Shown here: positions 46,201 through 55,822 of the stretch, in pieces
Position numbering within the stretch: position 1 is the first letter of the stretch
Layout: each line of letters starts with the position of its first letter
DNA from: a virus
Length of the DNA stretch: 64,000 bases
Virus record (IMG/VR): IMGVR_UViG_3300030060_007423
Span: 106,802-170,801 of that record
Strand: one strand, 5' to 3'
Notes under the pieces: model-generated
Told to the model about the DNA's origin: nothing
The model's input: the letters and a program-made list of their open reading frames with translations, nothing else
The model's database searches: none
Program-made: the position numbers and the translations under genes

Positions 46201-47983
46201 TCTAAATAAATTTTCAGGTTCTATGCAAGAGTATAGTCAATACACGGAAAGACTAGAAGATGATATATTAGACATTCATACATTGGCACCATCTGCAATT
46301 GTTGGAAATCATTATACATCTTCATATGATACATTGATTAGAAGATTTCCAATGGGAACCGACTTAAATAATTTGAATCATAATACATTTACAATTATAT
46401 CATCAAGTCATCCACAACAATCAAATACAACATATGTAGGATTAGGGTCATCTGTATTTACATCACACGGTTCAGCATCAGGATTTACAGACACTGATAA
46501 TTATGAAACTGTTGATGAATACTATTTTACAACAATGCCAGATATTATTGGTGAAAGACCAATATCTCATAAAATAAGAATTGAGGATAATACATTAACT
46601 TCACAATCACTTCAACCAATATTCACTGGAATAAGTGTTGAAACTAGTTCTTTTGATACTCACCCGGTTGATTCAAATAGGTTAAGCATTGGACTTAGCC
46701 CTTCACAAAACATAAATCTTGATATTGCATATCAGTTTGGTAATCTTTCATTTGATGATTTTGTTGGTGACCCACGTGACGAATGGAAATCTGAATATAC
46801 CACATTATCAACCGTTCAAGATGCATACTTCAAAAAGTTTAGTGGTGCATACAATGTAGGTGCATTTAGTAGATTATTAAAATTCTTTGATAAATCTTTA
46901 TGGCAACAAATTGAAAACTTAGTACCTGCAAGAGCAAATACATTTGTAGGTTTAATTATTGAACCAACAATATTGGAAAGGTCAAAGGTTAAAAGAACTA
47001 AACCTTCATTTGAACACTTATATTATACAGCATCAGTTTCTGTAAGTTGTATTCATACAGCAACTGTACCATCAACAACTACAGTGACAAATAGTGGAAG
47101 TTTATCAACGGCTGCATTTAGTTCACTTGATGACAACATAGATATGTTTGTAAATGATAGTGGTCATAGTTATAAAACACAAGGTTCAATATATAAGTAT
47201 GGTGTTAACACAGGTAGTGGAGCATATGAAACGACACAATCTGTTGAAATGTATGGAGTATTAACATCCGTTACAAGTTCAAGAGTTTCTGAAACATGGC
47301 AAGATTTAGACAAGTTTTTCTATCACCCGTCAAGTTCAGGACAAGATAGACATATAGAAGCAGCATATAGTGCAGCTGCTGATAATTTCTATTCATCATC
47401 TAGAAAATTTGCAGAAGTTCAAGATTATAGACCAAGACAAATTAAAAATTTATATTATGAAGGTGTTAAAATTTTTAGTGAACTTGTAGGACATGCAACA
47501 TCATCAGGTACAGGTTCAGTATATCTTACGTTCCCTTCACACGTTGCGTCAGGTTCAAGATATGCCGAATCAACACAAGTACCAGATGGTCAACCAGTTA
47601 TTGAAATATTTACTGTAAATCCAAACACGGTTGTTGTAGGTGGAACACCAGGACAAGTATCACAGGTACCATCGGCAGTTAACAATCTTAACCTTGCAAA
47701 TCTTACAATGGCACCTCCGTCAATAACTTTGGCAACAGGTAAAGGTGGTATTGCAGGTGTAACTGCTGCCGTGAAAGGTGCAACAAGTGCTGTAGCAAAT
47801 ACGGTTTCAGTTGTTAGTGTTGCACCGGCTCCACCAAGTCCGTATGTTCCTATTGCAACACCGGTTAAAACAGCAGGTTCATCTACATCAACATCTGCTA
47901 AGTCGTCAACGTCAACAGTATCAACAGCTGCTAAGTCGTCAACACCTTCAGCACCAGTTTCATACGCTAAAGGAAAGAGTTAG
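43229..47983 (+). CDS. Large baseplate/tail protein (gp7-like) with LamG-like insert and Ser/Thr/Ala-rich tail
   Basis: NLPYIYKTKGTERSIRALTNCYG motif; LVPARAN...IIEPTILER; YALQFDG...WWNIG...FSGSMQE. Confidence 0.7.
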   Translation: MQDIFGNRILKYTDDNIKVIRSLVSTSQFGEYANTETSGSLTDTTPDYILTKVISEGEVLESFTDLPYQVVEGEIQVDLATHLRNKGYSTGMFDIEMSFHRNVVGSNLDETEVGTNDNKLFVKEISQKRLELRLNPVAYSELIFDEQIAFGDYDPVTSTANTVSNPAQPEEGAGQESVEGTPLTQTIDFELNIGGYVLPIINKVLDYIANPISPYDLLIKLEDKLPAEIKKNEVCWVSRTLAEKFTTSIILESTAESSEPYNQLGPANFTVRTGTVRGSSTGFESFDDLLGAEDEQKTRIINEYLSGSLQGIDLAIDHRKYENFIQFSSAEERLRSFVHKLQQIEYYDTKIAAVSTDYQTITAFTASTDVTGSDFFLSNKAKWTNKRNEILGTFDHYDRYLYYESSSYESSSFGEFTPATWPKDNSTKPYTLAPSTSSAALEWLGNIHSSDGEGKGQLHSASLFDNENPAALRSTIPQYLINDPANDSYKLFVDMAGQHYDILLNYIKGLGKLHDRDEGLTTGLSKDTISELLSSYGWNPQLGFNVDALWKYVLGTDNSGSYQATEPDGTSVIFNQSESLPRDEISKEILNRLLNNLPYIYKTKGTERSIRALTNCYGIPDTILDINEYGGPSRDKTVNVKHKRKKFSYALQFDGDDSQISVPWHPVTGSDGFSGWPVHQEIRINCSGSSVKRNQSILATSMSSDTGFRTLDTFSTSSAGWNLWMEHTGSYSASSDYGRLHFYITGSNETGDSAATASFTFDTAAQGGKITFTSLKADAATSRTKTYIAMTSSVVNGSVASGKVQFSASATLGEMANNFAAAVTHSNGHGNRISTTVAGAKVTLTQAFSGSAGNFPISQSDNFNGIVAGNVPAAFVAGKDLPGRMLSASTDWIPLYNGDWWNIGLNTTTGIETHTTRSGAPNVSFQITAKLAADHADGKVTHSGSAEISLTHITSQSYLRAWTYNKSIATNNESAVFIGGVNDSEWVSHGILNKFSGSMQEYSQYTERLEDDILDIHTLAPSAIVGNHYTSSYDTLIRRFPMGTDLNNLNHNTFTIISSSHPQQSNTTYVGLGSSVFTSHGSASGFTDTDNYETVDEYYFTTMPDIIGERPISHKIRIEDNTLTSQSLQPIFTGISVETSSFDTHPVDSNRLSIGLSPSQNINLDIAYQFGNLSFDDFVGDPRDEWKSEYTTLSTVQDAYFKKFSGAYNVGAFSRLLKFFDKSLWQQIENLVPARANTFVGLIIEPTILERSKVKRTKPSFEHLYYTASVSVSCIHTATVPSTTTVTNSGSLSTAAFSSLDDNIDMFVNDSGHSYKTQGSIYKYGVNTGSGAYETTQSVEMYGVLTSVTSSRVSETWQDLDKFFYHPSSSGQDRHIEAAYSAAADNFYSSSRKFAEVQDYRPRQIKNLYYEGVKIFSELVGHATSSGTGSVYLTFPSHVASGSRYAESTQVPDGQPVIEIFTVNPNTVVVGGTPGQVSQVPSAVNNLNLANLTMAPPSITLATGKGGIAGVTAAVKGATSAVANTVSVVSVAPAPPSPYVPIATPVKTAGSSTSTSAKSSTSTVSTAAKSSTPSAPVSYAKGKS

Positions 47984-48070
47984 TGGTGAATGAATATATA
48001 TACAATAAAAAGAGATAAATTTAGTTGACAATTATATTTATACTATATAGAAATACATTAGGGGATACAA

Positions 48071-48787
48071 ATGGGATATTTAGATAATACATCAGTAACA
48101 GTAGACGCCATCCTTACAAAGAGAGGACGAGAACTTTTAGCTCAAGGCGATGGTAGTTTTAACATAACAAAGTTTGCATTGGCAGATGACGAAATAGATT
48201 ATAGGCTTTATGATTTTTCTCATACAAATGGGTCAAATTATTATGGTGAAGCAATTGAAAGATTGCCATTATTAGAAGCATTTCCAGACGATGATGCTGC
48301 AATGAGGTATAGACTTGTTACCCTAACAAAAAATACAACACAAATTCCAATTGTTGGTGCAGGTGGTGCAACAGCATATACTGTAAATTCTGGACAAGGT
48401 ACATTAACAATATTAAATCCAACAACTACAAATGGAGTTGACCCTACATATACTGCAACAGTAAGTGATACAAATGTATTAACAATTGAAGCATTAGGAA
48501 CTGTAGTTTCTCAACCTGCAAATATGGGAACAGATACAATGGGTAATCCTGTTTCATATGCAAAAGGATCATCAAAGGGTGCTGCCACAATTACAGGTAC
48601 AACAAACGCTGTGCCAGTAACAAATACAGTTGTAACAGGTACAGGTGTAAGTGTACAAGGTACACAGTTTAGATTAACACCAGTTTATAATGCAGTTGAG
48701 GATAAAGTTGCTTCTGTAACAATAACTGGAAATGCAACAGGCGGACAAGTAGTTGTTACATTTACAGTGCTTAAGGCAACAATATAA
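48071..48787 (+). CDS. Structural protein (baseplate/tail)
   Basis: MGYLDNTSVTVDAILTKRGRELLA..ITKFALADDEIDY, conserved in large myoviruses. Confidence 0.7.
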   Translation: MGYLDNTSVTVDAILTKRGRELLAQGDGSFNITKFALADDEIDYRLYDFSHTNGSNYYGEAIERLPLLEAFPDDDAAMRYRLVTLTKNTTQIPIVGAGGATAYTVNSGQGTLTILNPTTTNGVDPTYTATVSDTNVLTIEALGTVVSQPANMGTDTMGNPVSYAKGSSKGAATITGTTNAVPVTNTVVTGTGVSVQGTQFRLTPVYNAVEDKVASVTITGNATGGQVVVTFTVLKATI

Positions 48788-48802
48788 TAAGGAGAGAACA
48801 GA

Positions 48803-49867
48803 ATGTCATTTAAGTTTTTTGACCCAGTAAGTGATATAGTAACAGACATAGCATCTGCAACAGTAACAACAGGACTATTTGGTCCAGGTGATAGTGCAAG
48901 TCTTGGCTTTATGACTCAAAGTTTAACACAAGGTGATGCATCTGCATCGTACTTGGCAGTTTATCAAAAAAATCCATCTTTGGATGATTCAGCTGTACAA
49001 TTTTCAATTGCATTTGGTCATAGAGCTGGAAGTGGTTCTGTAAGACAATCTGGTGCAACTAAAGGCTTTTCACCAACAAGAGCAATATTTCAACAGTATG
49101 CTAGTTTATTAGAAGATGCTCCATCATCAACAGCTGATACTGATATATATGGTGGCTCATTTACATGGGGTACCTCAAATGCTGGTGGTAATGGTGATAC
49201 TGAATTTACATCTTCGTTTTTCATAGCATATAATCGTGCAAGATATAAACAAAATCTTGAAGCAAAAAGTTTTCAACTTTGTTTAAGTGGTTCAGCATAT
49301 AATGTTGGAGGTTTAAGATTAATGGCTGATACATCTACAAAGTATACAGCAAATGGATTAATAAGATTTCCAATTAGGAGTGGTTCAGAAGATAGCCCAG
49401 TTGGAACAACACGAGCTTACGGTTGGATATATCCAGAAGTTGGTGTAGTTGTTTTAGACCCAGGTTCAATTAATGCATCATGTTCAATTGCAACTCCACA
49501 CACAGACAATACAGATGATGGTGTACCATTAAAGGTATTAAAGGCAATACAATCAGGTTCAGGACAAATGACAAATGCACCTCACACGATGCAACAAAGA
49601 GCTGAGGAATCTGTAAAGAGTACATTCTATTTTGTTCGTGCAAACAACGGTGAATTTAATTATAGTCAAAACCCGTCGTTTTCAACAGGGTCAACTGGTG
49701 GAGGTTCATTAAGATATCCTGAATTTATATCAAACCCGTCTACTTACATTACGACAATTGGAATGTATAATGATAATAATGAACTTATTGCAATTGCGAA
49801 ATTAAGTAAGCCACTTGAGAAAAGTTTTAACAGAGAAGCTCTTATTCGTGTAAAACTAGATTATTAA
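48803..49867 (+). CDS. Structural protein (baseplate/tail)
   Basis: C-terminal YITTIGMYNDNNELIAIAKLSKP...VKLDY. Confidence 0.7.
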   Translation: MSFKFFDPVSDIVTDIASATVTTGLFGPGDSASLGFMTQSLTQGDASASYLAVYQKNPSLDDSAVQFSIAFGHRAGSGSVRQSGATKGFSPTRAIFQQYASLLEDAPSSTADTDIYGGSFTWGTSNAGGNGDTEFTSSFFIAYNRARYKQNLEAKSFQLCLSGSAYNVGGLRLMADTSTKYTANGLIRFPIRSGSEDSPVGTTRAYGWIYPEVGVVVLDPGSINASCSIATPHTDNTDDGVPLKVLKAIQSGSGQMTNAPHTMQQRAEESVKSTFYFVRANNGEFNYSQNPSFSTGSTGGGSLRYPEFISNPSTYITTIGMYNDNNELIAIAKLSKPLEKSFNREALIRVKLDY

Positions 49868-49888
49868 TACACTAAAGGAGGAAATTGA

Positions 49889-51244
49889 ATGTCAGTATTT
49901 AAGGACATACCCTCCGAAGATGTAAGTATAACAACTTATCTCTCTCATAAAAATTGGGAAATAAGTAGTTCAGTAGCAAGTTCATCTTATGGAGTCTTAA
50001 CGTTTTTAGCAAGAAGTGGTTCATTTGGAAAGGCTGAAAATTATACAGCACAAGGTACCACTAATACATACTATAATAAATTAGTTTGGGACTCTATCAA
50101 TCATCAATTCTATAACCCTCACAGAATAACACCAGAGTTTTTAGGTGTTGGTCAAGCATCGGCAAGTGGACAAGGTGACTTAGAATATTTAGATGGCTTT
50201 TTACCAAACACTGTAACCTTTTTGCAGGAATCTGCATCTGTCCTATCTATACCTCAACAATTATATGGTGATGAAATTAAAAAAGGAAGTTTATCTTTAG
50301 AGTCAGGTTCAGTAACACTTAGTGATGTTGACGGTAAAATCATGAGTGCATCTATTGAAGTTGGGGATATATTCTATAAACGAGGAATGGTTGTTATCAC
50401 ACACCCATCAGCATCTGTACAAGATACACTTAATACTTACAATTTAAGATTTAAGGCTAGTCATCCAATTACACAACGTGAATATACTTGCAGAATTATG
50501 GACAATGAATATAACCATACATTCAATCCAACTGCTAGAAATATTGATAATTTTGTTAGAACACGAGATGATTCTCACGTAACTGCTGGTACTAAAATAG
50601 ATTTAGATTTGGCAACACCAATATTTGGAACAACTATTTTTGGAGATAGTGGGTCAATAAATAATATTGGAGAAAGAACAGCTATTGGTGATCTTTCATT
50701 ACAAACTTCATCAGGAAGTACTTCATTAAAAATTGCTACGACTGGAAATTCAACCGCATTCTTTATACCATTTAATACAACATATAATGATGCAGCAGCA
50801 TTTCCAAACACAAAAGAAACGCACTACGCATTAAGATTTAATTATGCTTATGGTAGTGGTAGTTTTAAGGTTAGATTAATTTCAAAATCAGGTGGACCAG
50901 TTGATACACTATTAACATTAACAGGTAGTAATAATGGAAATGAAATTACAACAACATTTACATCATCTGAAAATCACCTTTCATCAATAAGATTTGTACC
51001 ACAACAAAGTGGGTCATATGGTTTAATAGACAATGTTAAACTTGAAGAGATAACTCCAAACTCAACACAAGAGCGTTCAGAAAAATTAAAAGGGTTTACA
51101 TCAAGTTCAACATGGACCCCATACATAACTTCTGTTGGTTTATATAATCCTTCAAATGAATTATTGGCTGTAGGTAAACTTGCAATACCTACAAAAAAAT
51201 CTATGGATTATGACATATCAATTGTTGTTAGGTTTGATTTATAA
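49889..51244 (+). CDS. Structural protein, paralogue of upstream gene
   Basis: C-terminal YITSVGLYNPSNELLAVGKL...VRFDL. Confidence 0.7.
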   Translation: MSVFKDIPSEDVSITTYLSHKNWEISSSVASSSYGVLTFLARSGSFGKAENYTAQGTTNTYYNKLVWDSINHQFYNPHRITPEFLGVGQASASGQGDLEYLDGFLPNTVTFLQESASVLSIPQQLYGDEIKKGSLSLESGSVTLSDVDGKIMSASIEVGDIFYKRGMVVITHPSASVQDTLNTYNLRFKASHPITQREYTCRIMDNEYNHTFNPTARNIDNFVRTRDDSHVTAGTKIDLDLATPIFGTTIFGDSGSINNIGERTAIGDLSLQTSSGSTSLKIATTGNSTAFFIPFNTTYNDAAAFPNTKETHYALRFNYAYGSGSFKVRLISKSGGPVDTLLTLTGSNNGNEITTTFTSSENHLSSIRFVPQQSGSYGLIDNVKLEEITPNSTQERSEKLKGFTSSSTWTPYITSVGLYNPSNELLAVGKLAIPTKKSMDYDISIVVRFDL

Positions 51245-51261
51245 ATAATAGGAAATAAGTT

Positions 51262-51666
51262 ATGGCTTGGAGAAGCAAATCAAAAGTTCGTCAGAACGCA
51301 ATAAAGCATGGTTATAGAAGTGGGTTTGAACATAAAGTTGCAGACCAACTAACTGAATCCAAAACAAAATTTGAATATGAAACTACAGTTATTGGTTATA
51401 TTAAACCACAAACAAATCATACATATACAATAGACTTTACATTGCCAAATGGTATACTTGTTGAAACAAAGGGAAGGTGGGTATTGGAGGACCGTAAAAA
51501 ACATTTACTAATAAAGGAACAACATCCAGAATTAGATATACGAATTGTATTTCAAAGTGCAAAAGGTAAAATTAGAAAAGGTAGTAAAACAACATATGCT
51601 GATTTTTGCGACAAGCATGGTATAATTTGGGCAGAAAAAGAAATTCCAAAATCTTGGCTCAAATAA
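51262..51666 (+). CDS. T7 endonuclease I-like Holliday junction resolvase
   Basis: GYRSGFE, YTIDFTLPNGILVETKGRW, KHLLIKEQHPELDIRIVF. Confidence 0.92.
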   Translation: MAWRSKSKVRQNAIKHGYRSGFEHKVADQLTESKTKFEYETTVIGYIKPQTNHTYTIDFTLPNGILVETKGRWVLEDRKKHLLIKEQHPELDIRIVFQSAKGKIRKGSKTTYADFCDKHGIIWAEKEIPKSWLK

Positions 51667-51674
51667 TTTTATTT

Positions 51675-51697
51675 GTCAATAATTTTAGTTATATTAC
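51675..51697 (+). promoter_or_regulatory. Phage promoter, YCAA-N8-GTTATATT class
   Basis: GTCAA-taatttta-GTTATATTAC upstream of primase. Confidence 0.55.
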
Positions 51698-51700
51698 TAT

Positions 51701-52627
51701 ATGTCAAATTCAGAACTCAAAAGCTTATTAAATTCAGTATTGGGATATGGGCGGAATCTTAAAAACAATGAAGTTTCCCACCAATGCCCATTTTGTAATC
51801 ATCGTAAAAAGAAATTACAAATTAACCTAATGTCTCAACTTTGGCAATGTTGGGTATGTGGTGAAAAGGGACGAAAACTTGTTTCACTATTTCGAAAACT
51901 AAAATTATCTTCTTCATATTTTGATAAACTTTCAGGTATACTTGGAGAAAGATTTGAGGGTACTAATAACATAGCTGAAAAATCAACTGATGTAAAACTT
52001 CCTATAGAATTTACAACATTTTTGGAAGGAAACAAACGAGACCCAGAATTTCGACATGCATTAAAATATTTAACAAAAACTAGGGGGTTAACATTAAACG
52101 ATATTGTAAAGTATAATATTGGTTATTGTGAAAAAGGTCCATATCGTGGAATGGTTATTATACCAAGTTATGATAAAGATGGAAATCTAAACTTTTTTAC
52201 AGGCAGAGCATACTATCCTAGTGCAACATTCAAACATAAAAATCCATCTGTGTCAAAAGACATAATTGGTTTTGAATTGTATATAAATTGGGATTTACCA
52301 ATAACTATTGTTGAAGGAGCATTTGATGCTATAGCAATAAAGAGAAATGCAGTTCCACTATTTGGAAAAATAATATCAGAAAAACTAAAGCTAAGAATAT
52401 TTAGTGAAGGTGTTAAGGAAATAAATATTGCATTAGACAATGATGCAAAAAAAGATGCAATTAGAATTTCTGAATATTTTATCAACAATGGAATTACTGT
52501 AAACTTTATTGAAATGAATAATAGTGATCCTAGTGAAATAGGTTTTTCAAAAATGATGGATATAATAGACAAATCAGAACCCTTAGATTTTAGAAAAATT
52601 ATGGAGTATAAACTATATGACCGTTAA
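51701..52627 (+). CDS. DNA primase (Zn finger + TOPRIM)
   Basis: CPFC..CWVC, FTGR, IVEGAFDAI, IALDND, DPSE. Confidence 0.9.
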   Translation: MSNSELKSLLNSVLGYGRNLKNNEVSHQCPFCNHRKKKLQINLMSQLWQCWVCGEKGRKLVSLFRKLKLSSSYFDKLSGILGERFEGTNNIAEKSTDVKLPIEFTTFLEGNKRDPEFRHALKYLTKTRGLTLNDIVKYNIGYCEKGPYRGMVIIPSYDKDGNLNFFTGRAYYPSATFKHKNPSVSKDIIGFELYINWDLPITIVEGAFDAIAIKRNAVPLFGKIISEKLKLRIFSEGVKEINIALDNDAKKDAIRISEYFINNGITVNFIEMNNSDPSEIGFSKMMDIIDKSEPLDFRKIMEYKLYDR

Positions 52628-55600
52628 AGAAATTGAACTTCCATTTGAAAAAATAAATAATATTGTACACATAGCAGACGTACATATTAGAAATTATAAA
52701 AGACACCGTGAATACAGGCAAGTATTTAGAAAACTATATAAAAAATTAAGGTCTACTCCAAAGGATACTTTAATCTATGTTGGTGGAGATATTGTTCACA
52801 CTAAAACTGATATAAGTCCAGAACTTGTACAGATGGTTAGTGATTTTTTCAATACACTTGCAAACATACGACCAACAATTGTTATAACTGGAAATCATGA
52901 TGCAAATCTAAATAACAAGTCAAGAATGGATTCTCTTACACCAATTGTTAAAAATTTAGATAATCCAAATTTACATTACTTAAAAGATTCAGGTGTTTAT
53001 GTTTTAGGTGATTGTGCGTTTACAGTTATGTCCGTATTTGATGACCCATCTGATTATCTTAAATCATCTGCAAGTCCAAAGGGTAAAACAAAAATTGCAC
53101 TATATCATGGAACGGTTCACAATTCAGAAACTGATATTGGATATGTTGTTGACAATTTAGATGTTGAATTAAAAAAATTTACTGGATATGATTATGTAAT
53201 GTTAGGTGATATACATAAACAACAATACTTAAATAAATCAAAAACAGTTGCATACTCAGGTTCACTAATTCAACAAAACTTTGGTGAAACATTTAAGAGA
53301 CATGGTATAATAATATGGAATCTTCTAGAAAAAACATCGGAGTTTATTGAAATAGAAAATGACTATGGGTATTATACAGTAGAGGTAAAAGATGGAAAAC
53401 CACTTAACCTATCAGACATTCCACCTAAACCTAGATTAAGGGTAAGAACTGAAAACACAACAGCTGCTGACGTTAAAAAAATAGTTATAGACTTAAAGAA
53501 AAAATATAAAGTACAAGATGTAATTGTATTAAGGTCAGATAAACTATCAGATAAAAAGAATCCATATTCTAACGGTTTGGAATTAACAAAAAATGTTAGA
53601 AGCCCAGAATGTCAAAATGATTTACTTAAGGAATACTTAGACAAACGATTTGATATTGATGATGAAATGCTTAAGAGAATACAGACAATAAATCGTGAAT
53701 TGAATAAGTATCTTCAGGAAATAGACATTAGTAGAAATATTAGTTGGAAACCAAAAATGTTTGAGTTTTCAAATATGTTTAGCTATGGTGATGGTAATAT
53801 TGTTAACTTTGAAAATATGAAAGGTTCTATTGGTGCATTTGCTGCAAATCATTCTGGAAAATCTGCATTACTTGATGCTGTTTCTTTTTGTATTTTTGAT
53901 AGGTGTAGTCGTTCACGTCATGGAATGGATGTTATGAACAATAAAAAGAAAACATTTTATTGTAAATTAAATTTTGAAATTGAAGGAATAGATTATTTTA
54001 TTGAAAGAAGAGGTAAAAGATTTAAGAATGGTGGTGTAAGGGTTGATACTGACTTTTGGATGATTGACGAAGCAAATGAAAAGATAAGTCTTAATGGTGA
54101 ACAACGACGAGATACAAATAAAAATATTCAAGGTTATCTTGGTACATATGAAGATTTTACTCTAACTGCTCTTTCTGTACAAAACAATAATACTGGATTT
54201 ATTGAAAAAACCCAAACGGAAAAGAAAGACCTACTTGCACAGTTTTTGGATATTACAGTATTTGAGGAATTATATCAATTAGCAAATGAAGAAATACGTG
54301 ATGTACATGTACTACTTAAAGATTTCAAAAATACTGATTTTGAAACTGAGCTTGTTGAATGTGAAAGTGAGCATGAAAAAATTGACTTACTATATAATGA
54401 AAAGACAAATCAACTTGACACATTAAAAAAACAACTTAAAAAATTAAACGACAAAGTTGCACAAAAAAATAAAAAACTAATCACAATATCTACACCGGAG
54501 CTTTCTCTTGATAGTTTGAATCAAAAACGTATATCACTAACAACTGAAATATCAGAAAACGAAAATAAGTTAGAAAAGTACAATAAATATACAGATGAAA
54601 ATAAAACAGATTTTGTAAATATAACAAATAAACTAAAAAATATATCAGAACATGATATTTTAGAAAACAAAAATAAGTATGATTTAGATGTTCAGAAAAA
54701 TAGTAAGCTAAATGTTGACTTGGATAAGTTAAAAATCATTATAACAAATAAATTAGAAAAACTTAAAGCAATTGGACAGTTTGACCCCAACTGTGATTTT
54801 TGCAAAAGTACACCATTTGTTAAAAGTGCATTTGAAATTGAAAAGACTTTACTATTAGATAAACAAAATGCCGTGCACATTAAGAATCAGTTATCAACAC
54901 TTGAAAATTTATTGCAAAATTCAAATGCAACTGATGAATACAATAACATGATAAACTTAAAGGACCGCATAAATATAATTAAGCAATATCAAAATGAGAT
55001 AAAACTTAAACGTGCACAACGTGAAATAAAAATATCAAATATAAAAAATAGTATAAACGATTGTGAGTCACAGATAAAGATTTATCATGACAATAAAAAA
55101 TCAATAAAATATAATGATAAACTTCAATCTGAAATAAATGTGATTGAGCATGAAATAACAAGTAAAGAACTAGAAATATCTGCTCACAACACAAACTTAA
55201 GAACAACATATAGTGAATTGATGGTTTTACAAAATAGAATTCAATCTATAAAAAATTCAATAGCAAAGGCTGATGAATTAGAGAAGAGGTCTAATGCGTA
55301 TGAATACTATCTAAATGCAATAAGCAGGGATGGTATACCTTATGAATTAATTTCAAATATAATTCCACATATTGAAGATGAGGTTAATCTTATTCTTTCA
55401 CAAATAGTAGATTTTAGAATTGTGTTTCATATTGACGGTAAAAATATAAATACACACATTGCATATGATAATGAAAACACTTGGCCACTAGAATTAACAA
55501 GTGGTATGGAAAAGTTTATTTCTTCATTGGCAATACGTGTTGCACTAATAAATATTTCAAATTTACCAAGACCAAACTTTTTAGCAATAGACGAAGGTTT

Positions 55601-55769
55601 TGGAAATCTTGATACAACAAGCTTAAATTCAATATTTATGTTGTTTGGATATCTTAAAACAGAGTTTGACTTTCTATTTATTATTAGTCATATTGATGTT
55701 ATGAAAGATATTATGGATGATTTGGTTGAAATTAGTGTAGAAAGAGGTTATAGTAAGGTTAATTACTAG
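52617..55769 (+). CDS. Fused Mre11/SbcD nuclease-Rad50/SbcC ATPase (gp47-gp46-like)
   Basis: DVH, GGDIVH, GNHD, LGDIH phosphoesterase motifs; NHSGKS Walker A, CDFC zinc hook, TSGME signature, AIDEGFG Walker B, ISH. Confidence 0.92.
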   Translation: MTVKEIELPFEKINNIVHIADVHIRNYKRHREYRQVFRKLYKKLRSTPKDTLIYVGGDIVHTKTDISPELVQMVSDFFNTLANIRPTIVITGNHDANLNNKSRMDSLTPIVKNLDNPNLHYLKDSGVYVLGDCAFTVMSVFDDPSDYLKSSASPKGKTKIALYHGTVHNSETDIGYVVDNLDVELKKFTGYDYVMLGDIHKQQYLNKSKTVAYSGSLIQQNFGETFKRHGIIIWNLLEKTSEFIEIENDYGYYTVEVKDGKPLNLSDIPPKPRLRVRTENTTAADVKKIVIDLKKKYKVQDVIVLRSDKLSDKKNPYSNGLELTKNVRSPECQNDLLKEYLDKRFDIDDEMLKRIQTINRELNKYLQEIDISRNISWKPKMFEFSNMFSYGDGNIVNFENMKGSIGAFAANHSGKSALLDAVSFCIFDRCSRSRHGMDVMNNKKKTFYCKLNFEIEGIDYFIERRGKRFKNGGVRVDTDFWMIDEANEKISLNGEQRRDTNKNIQGYLGTYEDFTLTALSVQNNNTGFIEKTQTEKKDLLAQFLDITVFEELYQLANEEIRDVHVLLKDFKNTDFETELVECESEHEKIDLLYNEKTNQLDTLKKQLKKLNDKVAQKNKKLITISTPELSLDSLNQKRISLTTEISENENKLEKYNKYTDENKTDFVNITNKLKNISEHDILENKNKYDLDVQKNSKLNVDLDKLKIIITNKLEKLKAIGQFDPNCDFCKSTPFVKSAFEIEKTLLLDKQNAVHIKNQLSTLENLLQNSNATDEYNNMINLKDRINIIKQYQNEIKLKRAQREIKISNIKNSINDCESQIKIYHDNKKSIKYNDKLQSEINVIEHEITSKELEISAHNTNLRTTYSELMVLQNRIQSIKNSIAKADELEKRSNAYEYYLNAISRDGIPYELISNIIPHIEDEVNLILSQIVDFRIVFHIDGKNINTHIAYDNENTWPLELTSGMEKFISSLAIRVALINISNLPRPNFLAIDEGFGNLDTTSLNSIFMLFGYLKTEFDFLFIISHIDVMKDIMDDLVEISVERGYSKVNY

Positions 55770-55822
55770 ATTACTTTATATTTATAATAGAGTAAATAAA
55801 GTAAAGATAGGAGTTATTCACT

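Noticed and set aside
44438-47943. Short direct repeats gaatcatcttcat (x2) and ctgctaagtcgtcaac (x2)
   Set aside because: In-frame coding repeats of Ser-rich peptides; no evidence for a separate DNA function
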